The notes under the pieces were generated by a model, which saw only the letters and a list, made by a program, of their open reading frames with translations, made no database searches and was not told the DNA's origin. A stretch of DNA of 64,000 nt, from IMG/VR virus record IMGVR_UViG_2775507097_000001, positions 29,192 to 93,191 of that record; one strand, given 5' to 3'. The first letter of the stretch is position 1, and each line of letters begins with the position of its first letter. The position numbers and the translations under genes were made by a program. The stretch is from a virus (lineage: Duplodnaviria; Caudoviricetes). This document shows, piece after piece, positions 61,204-64,000 of the stretch.

Positions 61204-61910
61204 GCGCCACCGCCACGGGCCGGCCTACGCTCGCACAGCGAGGCACGGGACTCGGATCCGCACACCGGGCACCAGAACTCGTCGACCTCGTCACCATGCT
61301 GGGTGCCGCGCCCGTTCTCCCAGAACGCCCACCGCATGCACTGCGGGCACTGGTACTCGTAGGCGTCCTTCGTCGCCTTCACCCACGCCTCGAACGTGGC
61401 TCCCTCGTACTCAGCGACCTGATGCGCTGTCTTCAACGCCTCGTCCAGCGTGTACGGGTGCGCCTTCTCCAGGCCGACGGAGCCGATCGACAGCCACTGG
61501 CCGTCGATCCACACCTTCGGGTCCGTCATCGACCCGTCGGTGACCTGCCAGCGGTCCTCCGCGAGGGTCCAGCGTCGGACCACGACCTCTCCGTACCCGC
61601 CCATCGTGTTCGTGAGGGGGACGCGGAACTCCTGGGCGAGGGAACGGAGGAGGAGGGACTCCTGCCGGAGGTGGTGGAGCTCGCTTCCTTGCTCGTCCTT
61701 GGACCAGCCGATGGGCTGCTCATCGGCCGGCTTCCGGTCCACAGCCTCCGCCAGCGCCCGCGCGGCGAGGGCGAGCTGCTCGATGGAGTACTCGTAGGCA
61801 GCGTCCTCGTGCGGGTCGTCGGCCCGGCTGTAGTGCGTGGCAGCCACGACATGCAGGGCGGTGGAGACGACGGTCTCGTGCTCGTCGACAGGCGGGTGGT
61901 ACATGCCCAT
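61200..61910 (-). CDS. Hypothetical protein with C-terminal Zn ribbon
   Basis: CPQC...CPVC. Confidence 0.7.
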   Translation of the reverse strand: MGMYHPPVDEHETVVSTALHVVAATHYSRADDPHEDAAYEYSIEQLALAARALAEAVDRKPADEQPIGWSKDEQGSELHHLRQESLLLRSLAQEFRVPLTNTMGGYGEVVVRRWTLAEDRWQVTDGSMTDPKVWIDGQWLSIGSVGLEKAHPYTLDEALKTAHQVAEYEGATFEAWVKATKDAYEYQCPQCMRWAFWENGRGTQHGDEVDEFWCPVCGSESRASLCERRPARGGGA

Positions 61911-61912
61911 GG

Positions 61913-62323
61913 TCAGGACTCCTTCAGTTCAGGGAAGAGGGACTGCGCGCGGCCGTGAGGGCAGGCCGGGCTGGTGGCCGTCCATCCGTGGGCCTGGCAG
62001 TAGCCGTGGTGGTCGAACCAGCACGGGTCGGGGTCGGCCATGCCCTGCACCAGCGCCTCCAGTTCGGCGACGCGGTCCAGGAGGAACGGGACGTCCTCTC
62101 GTGCGCGGGCGGCGAAGCTGGCGTTGCGGTACGTCTGGCCGTCGCCGTGCTCGCCCTGGAGCGTGGCCACGACGCCGTCGGAGACCATCCCGGCCCCCCG
62201 CTCCGTGCGCAGGCGGGCGTGGACGTAGTAGGTGCCCTTGCCGTCGTAGTCGGTGCCCCAGTGGCCGGGCGTGGCCGCGTCGGCGCGGGCGCGGATCTCT
62301 TCGATGCGGGGTGTGGCGGTCAT
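61913..62323 (-). CDS. Ead/Ea22-like protein
   Basis: IRAR..AATPG.W, NA.F.A.AR.DVP.LL; C.FDHHGYCQ.H. Confidence 0.75.
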   Translation of the reverse strand: MTATPRIEEIRARADAATPGHWGTDYDGKGTYYVHARLRTERGAGMVSDGVVATLQGEHGDGQTYRNASFAARAREDVPFLLDRVAELEALVQGMADPDPCWFDHHGYCQAHGWTATSPACPHGRAQSLFPELKES

Positions 62324-62337
62324 GCGGTGATACCTCC

Positions 62338-62895
62338 TCATAGGGCGGGCAGGTAGTGGACTTGCAGAGCCTGGCCGTCGCCTTCGTCGGCCCAGTTCAT
62401 GAGCCACGCGCACTCGGCGCCTTCCGGCTCCCACTCGAAGACCACCGCCTTCGGCTTCAGCTCGGCCAGTTCGTCGCGGATGGTGCTCTCGTCGTCGATG
62501 CCGCACTGCTCACGCAGGTAGGTGGCGACAGCGGCCTCGGCCTTGTCCCGGTCGGCGGTGATCGCCACCATGTCGTCCTCTTCGAACTGGACGACCAGGA
62601 CGCCGTCGTACGCGAAGTCCATGCCGGGGTGCTGAGTGCCGGGCTGGAAGCGGCCCATGGGCAGAGCTGGTACGGGTACGACCTGCTCGAGGTAGCGCAG
62701 GCCTTCGTAGTCGGGGCACAGGGCAAGGTTGGAGCGCTGCCCGTCCAGGCGGACCCGCAGGCTGGCCACGTCGTCAGTGACGGCGGTGATGATGCCCGGC
62801 AGGTACAGGGTTTCGGAGTCGTTGTGCAGGCTGCGGTAGTAGGCGAACTCGACACGGCGGCCGACGACGGCCAGGTCCTCGAGGGTGCTCGTCAT
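62338..62895 (-). CDS. Hypothetical protein
   Basis: Coupled ORF. Confidence 0.7.
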   Translation of the reverse strand: MTSTLEDLAVVGRRVEFAYYRSLHNDSETLYLPGIITAVTDDVASLRVRLDGQRSNLALCPDYEGLRYLEQVVPVPALPMGRFQPGTQHPGMDFAYDGVLVVQFEEDDMVAITADRDKAEAAVATYLREQCGIDDESTIRDELAELKPKAVVFEWEPEGAECAWLMNWADEGDGQALQVHYLPAL

Positions 62896-63338
62896 GCTGC
62901 GGGGGTCTCCTTCGGGGTCTTGGAGCGGCGGGTGAACGGGAGCCGGCCGGAGGGCCGTGCGAACGTCTTGCGGAGGGACGGCTTGGACGGGGCCAGGGCA
63001 GGCTCAGGAGCAGGCGTCACAGCCTCGGGGTGCCACAGCTCCACCCACACGCCGTTCGACCGCCACACGCACGTCACACGGCCCGGGACGCTGTAGTCGA
63101 ACCCCGGCCGCTGATCGCCCACGCCACCCAGAACGAGCGGGTACTGGGACGCGAACAGGCGCAGAGCGTGCGCGGCACCCGGGCCGACCACTTCCGCAAC
63201 CAGCCGCGGCGAGCCATCCGGAGCCTTCGTCTCACGCCAGTCGGGCACGCGGGCCCTGAAGTTGCGGTGGTTGGTGAACAGGTACCAGGCCTTCACGGCG
63301 TGGTCCTTCTCGGTGGCGACGGTCTCGGGATCGGTCAT
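62892..63338 (-). CDS. Hypothetical protein
   Basis: WR..GVWVELWHP; PSGRLPF. Confidence 0.7.
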   Translation of the reverse strand: MTDPETVATEKDHAVKAWYLFTNHRNFRARVPDWRETKAPDGSPRLVAEVVGPGAAHALRLFASQYPLVLGGVGDQRPGFDYSVPGRVTCVWRSNGVWVELWHPEAVTPAPEPALAPSKPSLRKTFARPSGRLPFTRRSKTPKETPAA

Positions 63339-63429
63339 GGGGCCTTCCGTTGGGTGAGAGCGTTGTAGAGGTGGTGGATGGTGCGGGGTGTGAGCTGCCA
63401 GACCGCCAGCGGCCACAGAAGGAACGCGG

Positions 63430-63822
63430 TCACGGCGGGTCCAACGGCAACTTCTTCCAACCCATGAGCGTCCACTGGAGGCCCTTGACACGGCGCTGGT
63501 CGCAGATCGGGTGGTTGCATTCCTCGACGCTTCCGTCGCCGAGCCTCTGGTAGCCCTTGCACTGGATCAGCCACTGGTAGACGCGGCCATGTAGGGCGCT
63601 CTCTTCTTCGTTGAGCTGCTCGTCCCGGGCGATGGCGGAAGCAAGATCTGCTGCACCCCACTGGTTGCGGCAGGGGCCTTCCCCGCGCGGCTTGTCGTGC
63701 GGGTAGAGGAGTCCGTCGCGGGTGACGGCGGCGAAGGTCCGGCAGGCGTGGCAGGTGGCTTGGCTGCCCCAGTTGGTTTCAACGATGACGCCCGGTCCTG
63801 GCCGCTCCATCAGCGTGTGCAT
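63430..63822 (-). CDS. Hypothetical Cys/His-rich protein
   Basis: C.AC...H....C; RBS GGAGA. Confidence 0.6.
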   Translation of the reverse strand: MHTLMERPGPGVIVETNWGSQATCHACRTFAAVTRDGLLYPHDKPRGEGPCRNQWGAADLASAIARDEQLNEEESALHGRVYQWLIQCKGYQRLGDGSVEECNHPICDQRRVKGLQWTLMGWKKLPLDPP

Positions 63823-64000
63823 GCGGTTCTCCGAGGTCTCGCAGGAGGTGGGCCGCCCACCGCGGGCTGCGATGTCTGGGTGGGCGGCCCGTTCGTGGTG
63901 GGGGGTGGGGTCCTGCCCCGAGGTTGGGGGGCGGGGCAGGACCCCGGGGGTGGCCTCCGGGGGGGGCGGAGGCCGGGGAGGGCCTCCGGAGGGGGGAGGG

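Larger units (their letters stand above)
1..64000. mobile_element. Temperate siphovirus / prophage (possibly a phage-plasmid) of an actinomycete; extends past both window edges
   Basis: Complete head-tail operon, replication initiator, many small overlapping phage-type ORFs (ATGA/GTGA junctions) and no host housekeeping genes. Confidence 0.95.

Noticed and set aside
63840-64000. G-rich hairpins at the window end as a telomere or element boundary
   Set aside because: They look like ordinary intergenic stem-loops, and the context is cut off by the window edge.
1-64000. tRNA, rRNA, integrase, transposase or CRISPR array
   Set aside because: None was recognised by eye. A tRNAscan/Infernal run would be needed to exclude small RNAs.

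Overview
The whole 64 kb window is a GC-rich actinobacterial temperate siphovirus or prophage, most likely from Streptomyces (inferred from gene families). Neither end of the element is visible, and there is no integrase. Layout: 1-22 kb is the minus-strand late operon, read right to left as terS, terL, portal, MuF-like protein, scaffold, a tiny Prp-like protease, major capsid, head-tail joining genes, major tail, two paralogous tail chaperones (one with a -1 frameshift), tape measure, tail tip, a papain-like peptidase and the 5' part of an endolysin. 22-31 kb holds two HNH nucleases, extra virion/fibre genes and morons (GH16 enzyme, lipoprotein, membrane protein). 31.5-42 kb is a plasmid-type transfer module (Mrr-like nuclease, FtsK/TraB-like ATPase, Spd-like membrane protein). 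42-46 kb holds regulators and a replication initiator with internal iterons. 46-64 kb is accessory and early genes. The best candidates for new biology are: (1) a LuxR-type regulator divergent from a small secreted peptide with three DTTWG repeats, a possible phage peptide-signalling system; (2) an acr-aca2-like operon, with a small acidic protein and an Aca2/YdiL-like HTH behind a strong promoter carrying a palindromic operator; (3) a 62-aa Prp-like protease lying between the scaffold and capsid genes, both of which carry an N-terminal WFxLxRH motif; (4) a phage carrying a conjugative TraB/Spd module. All family assignments come from motif recognition and gene order; no database search was run.
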